Of a stretch of DNA of 64,000 nt, positions 25,365 through 34,852 are shown piece by piece. The notes beneath the pieces are model-generated. The model saw only the letters and a program-made list of their open reading frames with translations. It had not been told where the DNA came from and did not search any database. This stretch comes from an uncultured Gammaproteobacteria bacterium (lineage in GTDB: Bacteria > Pseudomonadota > Gammaproteobacteria > CAMYKB01): contig CAMYKB010000015.1 in assembly GCA_947258875.1 (NCBI GenBank), positions 6,607 to 70,606 of the forward strand. Reading direction: 5' to 3'. Position 1 is the stretch's first letter; each line of letters opens with the position of its first letter. The translations under genes and the position numbers were made by a program.

Positions 25365-27344
25365 TTACTCATATAAAAACGGAGGCAGCGGACAATGCAG
25401 TATGGCGCAGACTGCGCGTAATAGTTCGGCTTCATTGATAGTGACTTTGTTGTCGTGTGAGATGGTGGTGACCAGTGCTTGCACCAGTGTTTCCTTGATC
25501 ATCGCGGGTAATTTATCAAGTTTCTCAAGTGCCTTGTCCATATCGGCAATCCAAGCGGCGGGCTGTGTGTAGTCCGGCCATTCTCCAGCGTTTGGCAACA
25601 GCGTATGCATGCCCATCTGGTAGGCCTTGCGCGCTTGTTCCTCGTTTTCATGGCCGAGGTGTGCAACTGTAGAAAACAGCATTTGCAATTCACGCACACT
25701 GCCTGCCAGGCGGGCCGAGCGCCGCGCCGTCACCCGGCTGGGGTGTTCGGCGTCCTGCAAATGAACCATCAAAGCCCTGGACAGCAGGTATTCAAATGTA
25801 TCGACATGGCCGTCCATCTCAATCAGTTCCTGGATCAGCTTCAGCAAGTTATCTATTTGCTGTGGTGGGCGGCGTTTGAGCGCCGGGAAGGTTAGTTCCA
25901 TTAGCGGCAGGCGGAATTGCGGACCCATTTCGGCGAGTGTCAAATGCAGTTGTGTCATTTGTTTTATTTGTTGCGGCCGGAAAAATTCCTGCAGGCGTGC
26001 ATACTGTTGTTCACGGATGCTGTCATCATGATCCAGCAGCAAGGCCAGTGTGAGGAACAGTGCGCCGCTGGGTGAATGCGCGGCATCCCTGATCTGTTCA
26101 GGAATCTCGCGGCGCAATTGCGAGGCATGTTGTACATGCGCCTCGCTGGGGTTGCCAACTGATTGACTGACGCCTTCCGGCGTCAGGATCAATGCAGCCT
26201 GCATCAGGCGTTGCAACTGATCCTGTGCACTGCGTTTGTCCTGTGCCGCTTCTTCCTCAGCGGCAGCTGCTTCTTCGGCCATGCGTTTGCTGGCGCGCTT
26301 GGCGTGCTGCGCGGCCTGGCGCATGTATTCCTCGGGGTTAAAGTTCGGGTCGAGTGCCCTGATACGGTCGTCGATAGGTGGGTGGGTGGCGTAGAGCGAT
26401 CCGATATAGGATACCCCATTGGCAAAAAACATATGGCTCATTTCTTCGCCATCGGCATTATCGATTACAGAATGATTGTCATAGCCGATTTTTTTGAGAG
26501 CACTGGCGATGCCTTCACTCTGGCGCGTGAACTGCACGGCTGAGGCATCAGCCAGGTATTCGCGCTGCCGTGATACCGCGGCCTTGATCAGGCGGCCAAA
26601 GAACATGCCGATATAACCGATTAACGTCAGACTCAGGGCCAATATAAAGATAACCGCGACCCCGCCGCCCTTGTCGCGTGAACCGCTGATACGGACATGT
26701 CGGCTGCCACGCAGGATGGTGCGTCCAATCAGGCCTATCACCAGGATACCGAAGAGGATGCCGATGAGGCGCATGTTAAGGCGCATGTCGCCATTGAGGA
26801 TGTGGCTGAACTCGTGTGCGATGACGCCTTGCAGTTCATTGCGGTTGAAGCGTTCCAGGCTGCCGCGCGTGACTGCGACTGCGGCATCTCCGGGCGAGAA
26901 CCCGGCGGCGAAGGCGTTAATGCCATCCTCCGCTTCCAGCACATAGACCTCGGGCACCGGCACGCCGGAGGCGATGGCCATTTCCTCCACCACGTTATGC
27001 AATCGCCGCCGTAGCGGATCGGGGGTGTCGGGTGTCACCAGTGTGCCGCCCAGGTTACGCGCTACGGTACCGCCGCCGCCATTGAGGCTGGCGATGCGGT
27101 AGAGGCTGGCGAGACCGATGAAACCGGTGGTGCCAAGACTGCTGAGGCCGACAAGTCCGGCATGATCGCCGGCCCAGGCCAGGCTGGGCAGTATAAATTG
27201 TTCGCTGCTGTTACCCATATTGGCAACCAGCATGGTGATCACCAGATCAACCGCGAACACGATGCCGATCACCGCAAGCACAAACATTAATACCAAAAAT
27301 TTGGTTTTGCGGCGCGCGTTATCCTGCTGCTCAAAAAAGTCCAT
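25365..27344 (-). CDS. M48-family (HtpX-like) zinc metallopeptidase with a long C-terminal extension
   Basis: N-terminal TM, HEFSHILNGD (HExxH), two central TMs, EYLADASAV. Then about 330 extra residues ending in a TerB/DjlA-N-like ...ISHDNKVTINEAELLRAVCAIL. LemA gene 30 nt upstream. Confidence 0.75.
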   Translation of the reverse strand: MDFFEQQDNARRKTKFLVLMFVLAVIGIVFAVDLVITMLVANMGNSSEQFILPSLAWAGDHAGLVGLSSLGTTGFIGLASLYRIASLNGGGGTVARNLGGTLVTPDTPDPLRRRLHNVVEEMAIASGVPVPEVYVLEAEDGINAFAAGFSPGDAAVAVTRGSLERFNRNELQGVIAHEFSHILNGDMRLNMRLIGILFGILVIGLIGRTILRGSRHVRISGSRDKGGGVAVIFILALSLTLIGYIGMFFGRLIKAAVSRQREYLADASAVQFTRQSEGIASALKKIGYDNHSVIDNADGEEMSHMFFANGVSYIGSLYATHPPIDDRIRALDPNFNPEEYMRQAAQHAKRASKRMAEEAAAAEEEAAQDKRSAQDQLQRLMQAALILTPEGVSQSVGNPSEAHVQHASQLRREIPEQIRDAAHSPSGALFLTLALLLDHDDSIREQQYARLQEFFRPQQIKQMTQLHLTLAEMGPQFRLPLMELTFPALKRRPPQQIDNLLKLIQELIEMDGHVDTFEYLLSRALMVHLQDAEHPSRVTARRSARLAGSVRELQMLFSTVAHLGHENEEQARKAYQMGMHTLLPNAGEWPDYTQPAAWIADMDKALEKLDKLPAMIKETLVQALVTTISHDNKVTINEAELLRAVCAILHCPLPPFLYE

Positions 27345-27374
27345 AGTGTGTTGTGATCAAAGCAGAGCGCGATT

Positions 27375-27962
27375 CTAGAATTCCACCTTGGGAACCTCGC
27401 GTTTGACTTCGTCTTCGATTTCCAGGAACTCGGCGTGTTTGAAGTTAAAGCTACCGGCGATGATGGAGTTGGGGAAGCTCTCACAAGAGGTGTTGTAATT
27501 CATCACCGCATCGTTAAATGCCTGGCGTGCGAAGGCCACCTTGTTCTCTGTGGTCGAAAGTTCCTCCTGGAAATGCATCATGTTCTCGTTGGCCTTGAGG
27601 TCGGGGTAGGCTTCAGCTAATGCAAATAACCGACCTAGTGCACCACCCAGTCCGGCCTCGGCAGTGGCCAGTTTCTTGATGGCATCGGGATCGGTGGGGT
27701 CCGCGGCGGCGGCTTGCAGGCCGCTGACGGCAGCATTGCGCGCCTTGATGACATCTTCAAGGGTCTCGCGTTCGTGTTTCATGTATCCCTTGACGGCCTC
27801 GATCAGGTTGGGGATCAGGTCATAGCGGCGGGTGAGCTGCACATCGATCTGCGCGAAGGCATTTTTGACGCGGTTCTTAAGTGTAACCAGGTTGTTATAT
27901 ATCGCGATGCCGTAAAAAACGATCGCAGCTGCGATTCCCAATATAACCAGTAAAGCAACCAT
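27375..27962 (-). CDS. LemA-family membrane protein
   Basis: Start at the ATG at 27962 with a GAGGGAG Shine-Dalgarno. Single N-terminal TM then IYNNLV.L.N.V.NAFAQIDVQL.RR.DLIPNL....K.Y..HE: LemA signature. Confidence 0.8.
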   Translation of the reverse strand: MVALLVILGIAAAIVFYGIAIYNNLVTLKNRVKNAFAQIDVQLTRRYDLIPNLIEAVKGYMKHERETLEDVIKARNAAVSGLQAAAADPTDPDAIKKLATAEAGLGGALGRLFALAEAYPDLKANENMMHFQEELSTTENKVAFARQAFNDAVMNYNTSCESFPNSIIAGSFNFKHAEFLEIEDEVKREVPKVEF

Positions 27963-28096
27963 ATTCTGTTCTCCCTCGTAAGTAAGCTTAGAGCTTTGCT
28001 TGTAAGCATACGACGAGAGCTGGGTAAATACCAAGTCGCAATACGCGTGACAATTACAGGCTCGGACGGTGATCAGTCGTTTTCAGGAGGTACAGT

Positions 28097-29257
28097 ATGC
28101 TGTTCATTTGGCGCTCACGGCACTGGGCCATGCGGGTATTTCGCATAAGCCTCCTCAGTATTATGGGGTGGTGGCTGTTACAAAGCAGCGGCGTGTTGGC
28201 GCCTGCGGATCGTTCGCAGGATGAGGAGTGGCCGCGTACGAATTTTAATCTGCGCCTGGTCGAACTGGAAGAAATCACCTCCGGCGGTCCACCCAAAGAC
28301 GGTATCCCGGCAATCGACAGGCCTCGATTTGTGAGCAACAACGAGGCCCGCAAATGGCTCAAACTGCGTGAGCCGGTGATCGCGCTGAGGATCGGATCAC
28401 AAGCACGCGCCTATCCCTTGCAAATTCTCATGTATCACGAAATAGTGAATGATGTATTTGATGGCGTGCCAGTGTCCGCAACATTTTGCCCATTGTGTAA
28501 TGCCTCAATCGTCTTCGACCGCCGCGTGGGTACCCGGGTATTCGATTTTGGCACTAGCGGCAAGTTACGAAACAGTGACCTGGTGATGTATGACCGGCAA
28601 ACCGAGTCTTGGTGGCAGCAGTTTACCGGCCAGGCAATCGTGGGTGAGATGACTGGCACGACACTCACGCAATTACCTTCTCAGATTATCGCCTTCGAGG
28701 ATTTTCAAACGGCCTACCCACAAGGTCAGGTGCTGTCTCGCAACACGGGATATCAGCGGCCTTATGGTGAAAACCCCTATGAGGGCTACGACAGTATCGA
28801 TAACTCGCCATTTTTGTATAGGGGCAAACTGGATGGGCGCTTACCACCTATGGAACGCGTATTGAGTGTTGCCCACGAAGGCGCGCAGCGCATTTATCCT
28901 TTTACAACAATTCGACAAGCCCAGGTCATTAACGATGAACTCAACGGTGTTGCCGTAGTCGTCATCAGTCGTGATGGCTTGTACTCAGCATTGGACAAAA
29001 AGGAGATTAGTGGATCGCGAAAAATCCTGGCTGCAGCCGCGTTCGATCGACGCTTATCGGGGCAGGTGCTGGATTTCATGCTTGAGGGCGGCCGCCTGCT
29101 CGACCGGCAAACCGGTTCTGAATGGAGTATTACCGGTACGGCGATCAACGGTCCACTGGCAGGACAACAGTTAAAACAAGTCGATAGCGGTGTGCATTTT
29201 GCCTTCGCCTGGCTGGCATTCAATCCTGAAACAGATATTTATCGTGAACAGGATTGA
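28097..29257 (+). CDS. DUF3179-domain protein
   Basis: AGGAGG Shine-Dalgarno. N-terminal TM. PKDGIPAIDRPRF, YPLQILMYHEIVND, ATFCPLCN, FGTSGKLRNSDLVMYDRQTESWWQQ: motifs recalled from DUF3179. Confidence 0.7.
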   Translation: MLFIWRSRHWAMRVFRISLLSIMGWWLLQSSGVLAPADRSQDEEWPRTNFNLRLVELEEITSGGPPKDGIPAIDRPRFVSNNEARKWLKLREPVIALRIGSQARAYPLQILMYHEIVNDVFDGVPVSATFCPLCNASIVFDRRVGTRVFDFGTSGKLRNSDLVMYDRQTESWWQQFTGQAIVGEMTGTTLTQLPSQIIAFEDFQTAYPQGQVLSRNTGYQRPYGENPYEGYDSIDNSPFLYRGKLDGRLPPMERVLSVAHEGAQRIYPFTTIRQAQVINDELNGVAVVVISRDGLYSALDKKEISGSRKILAAAAFDRRLSGQVLDFMLEGGRLLDRQTGSEWSITGTAINGPLAGQQLKQVDSGVHFAFAWLAFNPETDIYREQD

Positions 29258-29290
29258 TGCGCGAAGGCTAAGATGTCGCCACGCAATTTA

Positions 29291-31366
29291 CTATGATGCC
29301 AGTGTTTCCAGCAAGTGTGCCTGTGCGGAGCGGGGTTTTTTCTGTCCGGGTTTGAGTCTTTTATAATGACCATCTTGCTCTAATATCCAGGCCTGGGTGT
29401 TGTCAGATAGATAAGCGAGCAGGGACTCTTTAATCACACGTTCGCGCAATTCAGGCGTCTCTATAGGGAAGCAGGTTTCCACGCGGCGAAAGAAGTTGCG
29501 TTGCATCCAGTCGGCGCTGGAGCAATAGATCTCGGGTTTGTCATCATTATAAAAATAAAATACGCGCGAATGCTCCAGAAAACGGCCCATAACGGAGCGC
29601 ACATGGATGTTTTCAGAGACGCCAGGTATGCCCGGACGCAGCCCGCAGATGCCGCGAATGATTAAATCAATTTTTACCCCTGCCTGTGAGGCGCGATACA
29701 AGGCCTGAATGATTTGCGGTTCAATCAAGGCATTCATGCGTGCCATGATATGCGCGGTTTTCCCCTGTTTGGCGTGTTCTGCCTCGCGTTCGATTTTGGT
29801 CAGTACGGACTGGTGTAAAGTAAATGGGGATTGCAGCAGTTTTTTGAGTTTGGTGGCGCGACCCAGCCCCGTGAGTTGCTGGAATATTTTATGTACATCC
29901 TCGCCAATCATTTTGTCACAGGTCAGTAAACCCAAATCGGTATAGGCGCGTGCGGTGCCTGCATGATAGTTGCCGGTACCCAGATGAACATAGCGTTTGA
30001 GCCGTCCCTTGTCGCGCCGTACTACCAGTGCCAGTTTGGCGTGGGTTTTGTAACCGACAATGCCATATAACACATGCGCACCGGCGTCCTGTAGTTGGGT
30101 GGAGAGTTTTATGTTGGCTTCCTCGTCGAAACGTGCGCGCAGCTCGACCACTACGGTGACTTCCTTGCCCGCACGGGCGGCGCTGATCAGGAGCTCGACC
30201 AGTTCTGACTCCGCGCCGGTTCGATACAGAGTTTGCTTGATTGCCAGGACGTCAGGATCGGCGGCGGCTTGTTTGATGAATTCGATGACAGGCGTGAACG
30301 ACTGATAAGGGTGATGTAGCAGGATATCACCCTGGTTGATTGTGGCGAAAATATCACTCTCTGGCGCGAGATTGCCATGCAGGGATGGAATGAAGGCGGG
30401 ATATTTGAGGTTAGGCCTATCGACGATGTTAGGTACTGCCATGAGACGGTTTAGATTGACCGGACCATTGACCTGGTAAACATCCTCTTCCGCGAGTTTA
30501 AATTTATTCAGTAGAAACTTGATGGCTTTTTTGGGCGTATTATCGGCAGCTTCCAGTCGTACTGCATCGCCGAAGTTGCGTGATGGTAGTCCGCCTTCCA
30601 AAGCCATTCGCAGGTCCTCAACCTCTTCTTCATCAACGAACAGGTCGCTGTTGCGGGTGACGCGGAACTGAGCGCAGGCATTGACCTTCATGCCCGGGAA
30701 CAGCTCATCGACATGTGCGTGCAGGATGGAGGACAGGAAAACAAAATCATATTTCCCCTTGGCGATTTTCTCCGGCAGGCGAATCAAGCGCGGCAGTGCG
30801 CGTGGTGCCTGCACAATCGCTACACCACTGTCGCGACCGAAGGCATCCTTACCTTCTAGGGTAATGACAAAATTGAGGCTCTTATTAAGCATGCGCGGGA
30901 AAGGGTGCGACGGGTCAACACCGAGCGGGCTGAGCACCGGTAACAGTTCGCGGGTGAAATAATTCTTCACCCATTGTGCCTGTTCCTCGTTCCACAGGTT
31001 GCGTGGAACGAAATGGATGTCTTCTTGAGAGAGTGCGGGGAACAGAACATCATTTAGCACCCGGTACTGATCTTCAACAAGTTTTCCGACCAACTCACGG
31101 ATTCGGGAAAGTTGTTCCTGTGGAGTCAAAGCGTCGTGGCCGGTAGTGCTAATACCAAGGGCGACCTGCTGTTTGAGACCGGCAACGCGGATCTCGAAAA
31201 ATTCATCCAGGTTGGAGCTGGAAATACACAAAAAACGCAGGCGCTCGAGTAATGGTATGGATTCATCTTCGGCCAGCTCAAGAACGCGACGATTAAACGC
31301 AAGTAGGCTGAGTTCGCGGTTGAGGTACAGCTCGGCAGAATCAAGGTTTTCTGTTATCGAATTCAT
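29291..31366 (-). CDS. ppk1: polyphosphate kinase 1
   Basis: LYLNRELSLLAFNRRVL, LRFL.I...NLDEFF.IRV, HHPY.SF, two PLD-like HK motifs (YKTHAKLALVVR, RFLEHSRVFYF). ATG at 31366 preferred over TTG at 31405. Confidence 0.9.
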   Translation of the reverse strand: MNSITENLDSAELYLNRELSLLAFNRRVLELAEDESIPLLERLRFLCISSSNLDEFFEIRVAGLKQQVALGISTTGHDALTPQEQLSRIRELVGKLVEDQYRVLNDVLFPALSQEDIHFVPRNLWNEEQAQWVKNYFTRELLPVLSPLGVDPSHPFPRMLNKSLNFVITLEGKDAFGRDSGVAIVQAPRALPRLIRLPEKIAKGKYDFVFLSSILHAHVDELFPGMKVNACAQFRVTRNSDLFVDEEEVEDLRMALEGGLPSRNFGDAVRLEAADNTPKKAIKFLLNKFKLAEEDVYQVNGPVNLNRLMAVPNIVDRPNLKYPAFIPSLHGNLAPESDIFATINQGDILLHHPYQSFTPVIEFIKQAAADPDVLAIKQTLYRTGAESELVELLISAARAGKEVTVVVELRARFDEEANIKLSTQLQDAGAHVLYGIVGYKTHAKLALVVRRDKGRLKRYVHLGTGNYHAGTARAYTDLGLLTCDKMIGEDVHKIFQQLTGLGRATKLKKLLQSPFTLHQSVLTKIEREAEHAKQGKTAHIMARMNALIEPQIIQALYRASQAGVKIDLIIRGICGLRPGIPGVSENIHVRSVMGRFLEHSRVFYFYNDDKPEIYCSSADWMQRNFFRRVETCFPIETPELRERVIKESLLAYLSDNTQAWILEQDGHYKRLKPGQKKPRSAQAHLLETLAS

Positions 31367-31557
31367 ATGTAAACGATTGTGCCAAATTCGAGCTAAAGTC
31401 TCCAACTATTTAATTGGTTGTCTATACTTGCTCTGGCTCGAGGTGGTTTGTGTGTTTGAAAGTGGCATGGATGAGATATGCCGAATCAGGCAATGAGGTA
31501 ATCCTCGAAATAGTTCGCATGTAGGATTTAATGAAGTTGTTGTAGCGCATGATGAAA

Positions 31558-32316
31558 TCATTTGTCGCGATTGAGAAACCGCTCATCGATACCAAATTGT
31601 GACAAAGTGTCAAGTATTGCCGCTTCCAGTGAGACGCTGAGTTGCTCGGAGTTGTGTTCGAATTTTCTCAGGGCGCGGTGTGCGAACTCCCAGGTGCGGG
31701 GCGAGGGAAAGGACACCGGATTTTGTTCGGCATCGTATTCAAACAGTAGCTCAGGGCGGAAACGCAGAAAACCGATCAGACGTTCATCCATGCCTTCGCG
31801 CAGTGCCCAGGCGACCCAGTCATCGAGGTTGGGTTCTATTTCATAGTGCGTGAAGCGATTGGCCAGTGGGGCGGGCATCACATAGGCGACGCCACGGTCT
31901 CCCTGGCGGTTGCCGGCGGCGAAGATAACCCAGCCATCTGGCACAGTGTATTCACCCAGACGCCGGTCCAGGATCAGCTGATAAGCCGCCGCCGATACGC
32001 TGGGCGGCGCAGCATTGATTTCATCCAGAAACAGAATCCCGTGACTGCCGTGACGGGTCGCGTCAGGTAACATGCGGGGGATAGCCCAATCGACACCGCC
32101 ACCCTGAGCGCGGAAAGGAATGCCGCGCAGGTCGCTGGGTTCCAATTGTGACAGACGGATGTCTATCAGCCGGGTGTCCCGTTCGCCGGCTATTTCGGCG
32201 ACGATCTGAGATTTGCCTACCCCGGGCGGTCCCCACAGCATAACGGGTGTATTGATGCCGTGTTTGGTGGCTTCCAGTTCCTGTTCCAGGATGGGCTTGA
32301 CGAGAGAGAGGCGCAT
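31558..32316 (-). CDS. AAA_5 / MoxR-like ATPase, stand-alone
   Basis: Walker A LWGPPGVGKSQ, Walker B ILFLDEINAA, sensor-1-like AAGNR, PLANRF. 252 aa. No vWA/partner ORF adjacent. Confidence 0.6.
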   Translation of the reverse strand: MRLSLVKPILEQELEATKHGINTPVMLWGPPGVGKSQIVAEIAGERDTRLIDIRLSQLEPSDLRGIPFRAQGGGVDWAIPRMLPDATRHGSHGILFLDEINAAPPSVSAAAYQLILDRRLGEYTVPDGWVIFAAGNRQGDRGVAYVMPAPLANRFTHYEIEPNLDDWVAWALREGMDERLIGFLRFRPELLFEYDAEQNPVSFPSPRTWEFAHRALRKFEHNSEQLSVSLEAAILDTLSQFGIDERFLNRDK

Positions 32317-32490
32317 ACTGTGTGTAAATCGGTTACCTAAATGGAGTTAAAAGTAGATACCTAATTTAATAGGCGTCCGGTCTGTGATAGTTTTTTTGCG
32401 GGGCTGGGTCATCGCAATAATTCGCCATTCACCACCTGATAAGGGCTTGTTTATCTTATAATTATGACGGCAACGAGAATTATTATTCTG

Positions 32491-32523
32491 TTATGACATT
32501 TCTGTAATATTTTTGTCATATTT
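32491..32523 (+). promoter_or_regulatory. three 11-bp-phased Pho-box heptamers upstream of pstC
   Basis: TTATGAC-attt-CTGTAAT-attt-TTGTCAT-attt. TAATCT at 32530-32535. The annotated GTG start is at 32543. Confidence 0.7.
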
Positions 32524-32542
32524 CTCCCCTAATCTACTGTAA

Positions 32543-34822
32543 GTGAATACGAGCTCCGAAAAACTGGCCGGGCTGATCCCTGATGCAGCTGCGTCCATTG
32601 CTGTGCGCCGTCGTAAGTGGCGGGTATTAAAGGATTTAATTGCCAGATATGGCATTGCACTGGGCGGGATCAGTGTCATCATCGCGGTGCTGTTGATTTT
32701 CTTTTACCTCCTCTACGTTGTGCTGCCGATGTTTCAGCCGGCAAGCATGGAGCAACAGGCGCAATACCGGTTGTCATCCGTGCAGGGAGAAACACCGCTG
32801 TTGTTGATGCTCGAGGAGCAGGCCGAGATCGGGTCTCGTTTTACAGACCAGGGCGTCATTCAGTATTTTGATGTCAGGTCTGGTATCGATCTGCACCGTT
32901 TCGCCATCCCCATGCCTGGAGACGCCACTGTCAGCAGTATCGCTGAGGGTGCCTTGGGGACAGGTGTTGTCGCCCTGGGTTTGAGTAACGGTCAAACCGT
33001 AATTCTGCGTCAGCTATATGATTTGTCCTACCCTGATGACCGGCGCGTGATTACGCCGCGGGTTGAGCATCCTCTGGGAGAGACACCATTAACGATCGAC
33101 GCAAGCGGGCAAAGTCTGCATGTCCTGGCAGTACGTAACGAAGAAGAAAGCGTGACAATTGCTGCGGCGACTTCTGATGATCGAGTCATTGTCAGCAGCT
33201 TCGAAGTGGCCGAGTCGATGCTGGGTGATGTCGAGGTCGAACAAACGACAACCGAGTTGCCTTCGCTCGCTGCAAAGGTGACACACCTGGCGATCAGTAG
33301 TGACCGACGCTGGTTGTTTGCTTCCGATGCTGCGGGTTTTGTATCGTTGTTTGATATGCGTGATCCGGACGATATTGCGTTGATCGGGCGCGAGGCGGTC
33401 ACTGGCGGTGATGAGCGTATCACCGCAGCGCGGATGTTATTGGGTGGTATCTCTCTCCTCATAGGTACATCGGAGGGCCGTATCGAGCAATGGTTTCCGC
33501 TGCGTGATGAAGCGAACAACTACAGTCTGGTGCGGGTCAGGGAGTTTCAAAAGCAGGACGCTGCAATAATCAGGATCTTGCCTGAATTTCAACGTAAAGG
33601 TTTTGTTACGATTGATTCCAGTGGTGAATTGGGTATCTATCACACCACGGCGCAACGTACCGTTCTCAGAGAGCGCATTACGGACAAACCAGCACTGCAA
33701 CTTGCCATTGCGCCACGCAGTGATGCATTGCTGATGCTTGATGCAGCAGGTGAGTTTCATTTTCTGGAGATGCACAACAAACACCCTGAAGTCTCGTGGA
33801 GTGCATTGTGGCAAAAAGTCTGGTACGAGAATTACAGCAAGCCCGAATTCATTTGGCAATCGTCAGCAGCGAACCAGGATTTTGAGCCCAAGTTCAGTAT
33901 TACACCGCTGGCTTTTGGCACGCTTAAGGCTGCCTTTTATGCCATGATTATTGCGGTCCCCCTGGCGATAATGGGTGCAATCTTTACGGCCTATTTTATG
34001 CATCCACGCATGCGTCAGATGGTCAAGCCGACTATCGAGGTGATGGAAGCACTGCCCACCGTCATCCTGGGTTTTCTGGCTGGGTTGTGGCTGGCGCCCC
34101 TTATGGAACGTAATCTTCCAGGTGTCTTCGCGCTGTTGTTGTTCATACCTATCGGTATTCTCGTGGCGGCATATGCTTGGCATCGATTACCAAAGACCGT
34201 CAGAAATTCCGTTCCGGATGGCTGGCAGGCGGCTATCCTCATTCCGGTGATCGTTTTAATAGCCTGGTTTAGTTTCGGCATCAGCGGTAGCCTGGAAGAC
34301 TGGTTTTTTAAGGGTGATTTCCGTGCCTGGCTAACTAATGACCTGGGTATTGGTTTCGATCAGCGCAATTCAATGGTGGTGGGCTTCGCCATGGGTTTTG
34401 CTGTCATCCCGACCATATTTACCATAACCGAGGATGCGATTTTTGGTGTCCCCAAACACCTGACCTTTGGTTCGTTGGCGTTAGGCGCCACACCCTGGCA
34501 GACGCTGGTGCGTGTGGTGATGCCTACCGCCAGCCCCGGTATTTTCTCGGCAGTCATGATCGGGCTGGGCCGTGCCGTTGGTGAGACCATGATTGTACTC
34601 ATGGCGACCGGCAATACACCGATTATGGATTTCAATATCTTTGAAGGCATGCGGACGTTATCTGCGAATATTGCGGTGGAAATGCCGGAATCCGAAGTCA
34701 ACAGCACGCATTACCGCATCCTGTTCCTCGCGGGGTTTGTGTTATTCCTGTTTACCTTTGTATTAAATACGATGGCGGAGCTGGTGCGTCAGCGCCTGCG
34801 TAAAAAATATGCATCCTTATGA
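32543..34822 (+). CDS. pstC: phosphate ABC transporter permease PstC (long, Pseudomonas-type)
   Basis: 759 aa. N-terminal TM, large periplasmic-looking insert, C-terminal ABC permease core with EAA-like motif (GSLALGATPWQT...). Length and layout as recalled for P. aeruginosa PstC. Confidence 0.85.
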   Translation: MNTSSEKLAGLIPDAAASIAVRRRKWRVLKDLIARYGIALGGISVIIAVLLIFFYLLYVVLPMFQPASMEQQAQYRLSSVQGETPLLLMLEEQAEIGSRFTDQGVIQYFDVRSGIDLHRFAIPMPGDATVSSIAEGALGTGVVALGLSNGQTVILRQLYDLSYPDDRRVITPRVEHPLGETPLTIDASGQSLHVLAVRNEEESVTIAAATSDDRVIVSSFEVAESMLGDVEVEQTTTELPSLAAKVTHLAISSDRRWLFASDAAGFVSLFDMRDPDDIALIGREAVTGGDERITAARMLLGGISLLIGTSEGRIEQWFPLRDEANNYSLVRVREFQKQDAAIIRILPEFQRKGFVTIDSSGELGIYHTTAQRTVLRERITDKPALQLAIAPRSDALLMLDAAGEFHFLEMHNKHPEVSWSALWQKVWYENYSKPEFIWQSSAANQDFEPKFSITPLAFGTLKAAFYAMIIAVPLAIMGAIFTAYFMHPRMRQMVKPTIEVMEALPTVILGFLAGLWLAPLMERNLPGVFALLLFIPIGILVAAYAWHRLPKTVRNSVPDGWQAAILIPVIVLIAWFSFGISGSLEDWFFKGDFRAWLTNDLGIGFDQRNSMVVGFAMGFAVIPTIFTITEDAIFGVPKHLTFGSLALGATPWQTLVRVVMPTASPGIFSAVMIGLGRAVGETMIVLMATGNTPIMDFNIFEGMRTLSANIAVEMPESEVNSTHYRILFLAGFVLFLFTFVLNTMAELVRQRLRKKYASL

Positions 34823-34852
34823 GCAAAGGAATCTAACAGTTGAGTTCGTATC

